Shown here: positions 44,462 to 45,974 of the stretch, one piece after another | How positions within the stretch are numbered: the stretch's first letter is position 1 | Layout of the letters: the number at the start of each line of letters is the position of its first letter | IMG/VR virus record: IMGVR_UViG_3300013767_000066 | Span: 1-45,974 of that record | Length of the DNA stretch: 45,974 nucleotides | Strand: one strand, 5' to 3' | Source of the DNA: a virus | Lineage: Duplodnaviria; Caudoviricetes | Translations under genes and position numbers: made by a program | The notes under the pieces: generated by a model | Told to the model about the DNA's origin: nothing | Databases searched by the model: none | The model's input: the letters and a program-made list of their open reading frames with translations, nothing else

Positions 44462-45681
44462 CGATCGTCCTTCGTATTCCCACTATTCCTTATCGCGTCA
44501 ATGTGGGCAGCCCAAGCCTGCATCATCTGCCGGCGCTCGGGCAAATACTGAGCGTGATTGTAGGCAGCGCGCACCTTGTTCCGCTCGACGTGAGCCAACT
44601 GGCGCTCGATCACGTCCGGCCGGAACCCCAGCTCGTTCAGAGCCGTCGATGCCAGGCCACGGAACCCGTGCCCGGTCATCCGGGAGTGGTATCCCATGCG
44701 GTACAGCGCATACAGCATCGTGTTGTTGCTGATGTAGCCCGTCTTGCCACGCGGGCTGTAGAAGAGGTAGCCGCGGTGGCCATTGATCTCGCGCAGCTCT
44801 TTCAGCACGGCCAGTGCCTGTGTGGATAGCGGCACCACGTGCGGGTCGCGCATCTTCATGCGCGCGGCCGGAACGAGCCATTCCGCCTTGTCCTCGTCTA
44901 TCTCGCCCCACTGCGCCTGGATCATCTCGGTGGTGCGCACAAACGTCAAAGTCATCAACTGCAACGCCAGGCGCGTGACCTTGTCACCCTCGTAGCCATC
45001 AATGTCACGCAGTAGCTTCGGCAGCTCGGCCAGCTGCACTCGGGCCATGTGCTGGACCGGCGCTGACTTCAGGACAACCTCGCTGTCGATGTCGGTGGCC
45101 GGGTTCCGATCGCACAGCCCGTAGACGATCCCGTACTGGAACACGGCGCGCATGCGCTGCAGCACCCGCTTCGTCGTTTCGCGCACGCCGCGGGCCTCGA
45201 CCTTCTTCAGCAGGTCCAGAATGGCCGGCGCCTTGATCTCCGCGATGGGTGTAGTGCCTAGCACCGGGAAGACGTCATTCTCCAGGGAGGCGATCACCTT
45301 GCCGGCGTAGACGTCGTTCCAGCTGTCCTTCTGCGTGGCGTACCAGTCGCGCGCTACCGCCTCGAAGGAATTGCCGGCGGCGATCTTGGCAGCACGGCGC
45401 TGGTCCTGTTTGGCGGCGCCAGGATCTTTCCCATCTGCAACAAGAGCCCGAGCGGCGTCCCGCTGAGAGCGAGCCTGCGCGAGGGTCACTTCCGGGTAGA
45501 CACCGAACCCGAGCCGGTTCTCGCTACCGGACGGCCGAAAGTATCGAAACCGCCAGAGCTTGCGCCCATCGGGCATAACCTCCAAAAACAGGCCACCACC
45601 GTCCGCCAGTTTGTACGGTTTCTCTTTGGGCTTTGCGTTCCGGAGTTTGGTGTCTGACAGCGGCTCTACGCGGATTGGCAT
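44458..45681 (-). CDS. int: P4-type tyrosine integrase
   Basis: Arm-binding N-terminus KPYKLADGGGLFL; catalytic VRTTE, MKMR, HGFR, LAH, AYN. Confidence 0.97.
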   Translation of the reverse strand: MPIRVEPLSDTKLRNAKPKEKPYKLADGGGLFLEVMPDGRKLWRFRYFRPSGSENRLGFGVYPEVTLAQARSQRDAARALVADGKDPGAAKQDQRRAAKIAAGNSFEAVARDWYATQKDSWNDVYAGKVIASLENDVFPVLGTTPIAEIKAPAILDLLKKVEARGVRETTKRVLQRMRAVFQYGIVYGLCDRNPATDIDSEVVLKSAPVQHMARVQLAELPKLLRDIDGYEGDKVTRLALQLMTLTFVRTTEMIQAQWGEIDEDKAEWLVPAARMKMRDPHVVPLSTQALAVLKELREINGHRGYLFYSPRGKTGYISNNTMLYALYRMGYHSRMTGHGFRGLASTALNELGFRPDVIERQLAHVERNKVRAAYNHAQYLPERRQMMQAWAAHIDAIRNSGNTKDDR

Positions 45682-45686
45682 TTTTT

Positions 45687-45723
45687 CGTGGCACCGAAAA
45701 TCGTGGCATTGCTGGTGCCACGA
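45687..45723. promoter_or_regulatory. Putative integrase arm-type sites (TGCCACG x3)
   Basis: CGTGGCACC at 45687 and CGTGGCA at 45702 (inverted), GGTGCCACGA at 45714. Confidence 0.65.
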
Positions 45724-45847
45724 ATGATGCCTCGAAAAATGCCGGATGCCAACGATTCGTCACGAACTTTGGCGAACGACAGAATGCCGCGAAGCCTTGT
45801 ATTTACTGGGATCAGAGAACTTTGGAGAACTGCTGCGGACTTGATTA

Positions 45848-45864
45848 TGGTCCCGCCGACAGGA
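45848..45864. repeat. att core within the tRNA 3' end
   Basis: Identical to 110-126. Confidence 0.96.
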
Positions 45865-45922
45865 ATCGAACCTGTATCTAGCGCTTAGGAGGCGCTCGTT
45901 CTATCCATTGAACTACGGCGAG
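45848..45922 (-). tRNA. tRNA-Arg (anticodon CCT)
   Basis: 75-nt cloverleaf CTCGCCG...AGCGC-CTCCTAA-GCGCT...ACAGG-TTCGATT-CCTGT-CGGCGGG-ACCA. Confidence 0.97.
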
Positions 45923-45974
45923 CGGACCGTCTGCATGGCACTCGCGCCGCGCTGGGGCGGGCGAATCGGAAGAC

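Larger units (their letters stand above)
110..45864. mobile_element. Complete temperate prophage (lambdoid regulation, contractile tail) integrated at tRNA-Arg(CCT)
   Basis: Flanking direct repeat, integrase beside the tRNA, and full immunity, replication, packaging, head, tail and lysis modules. Confidence 0.97.

Overview
The window holds an apparently complete ~45.7-kb temperate prophage with a contractile tail. It is integrated at the 3' end of a tRNA-Arg(CCT) gene (minus strand, 45848-45922) and bounded by a 17-bp exact direct repeat (110-126 and 45848-45864). The high GC and gene families suggest a Burkholderiaceae host such as Cupriavidus or Ralstonia, but this is inference. From right to left it carries: a P4-type tyrosine integrase; an early operon on the plus strand (Cas4-like exonuclease, recombinase, FtsK-gamma protein, Rad50-like ATPase, AlpA, C5 methyltransferase, ASCH-like, Lar-like); a lambda-like immunity region (cI/cro/cII with five 17-bp operators); replication initiator with iterons, RusA and a Q-like regulator with a pR'/tR' site; a moron hotspot; ParB-methylase; terminase, head, tail and baseplate genes; the lysis cassette; and a terminal O-acyltransferase. 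Best leads: (1) an anti-Shine-Dalgarno small RNA inside a late-promoter island that also encodes an Mrr-like nuclease and a secreted protein; (2) a CI repressor with three tandem HTH domains; (3) a C5 methyltransferase with five tandem repeats in its target-recognition region; (4) a recombination operon with an orphan, motif-deviant Rad50-like ATPase and an FtsK-gamma fusion; (5) two putative metal-binding proteins built into the lysis cassette. All product calls come from motif recognition and synteny; no database searches were run.
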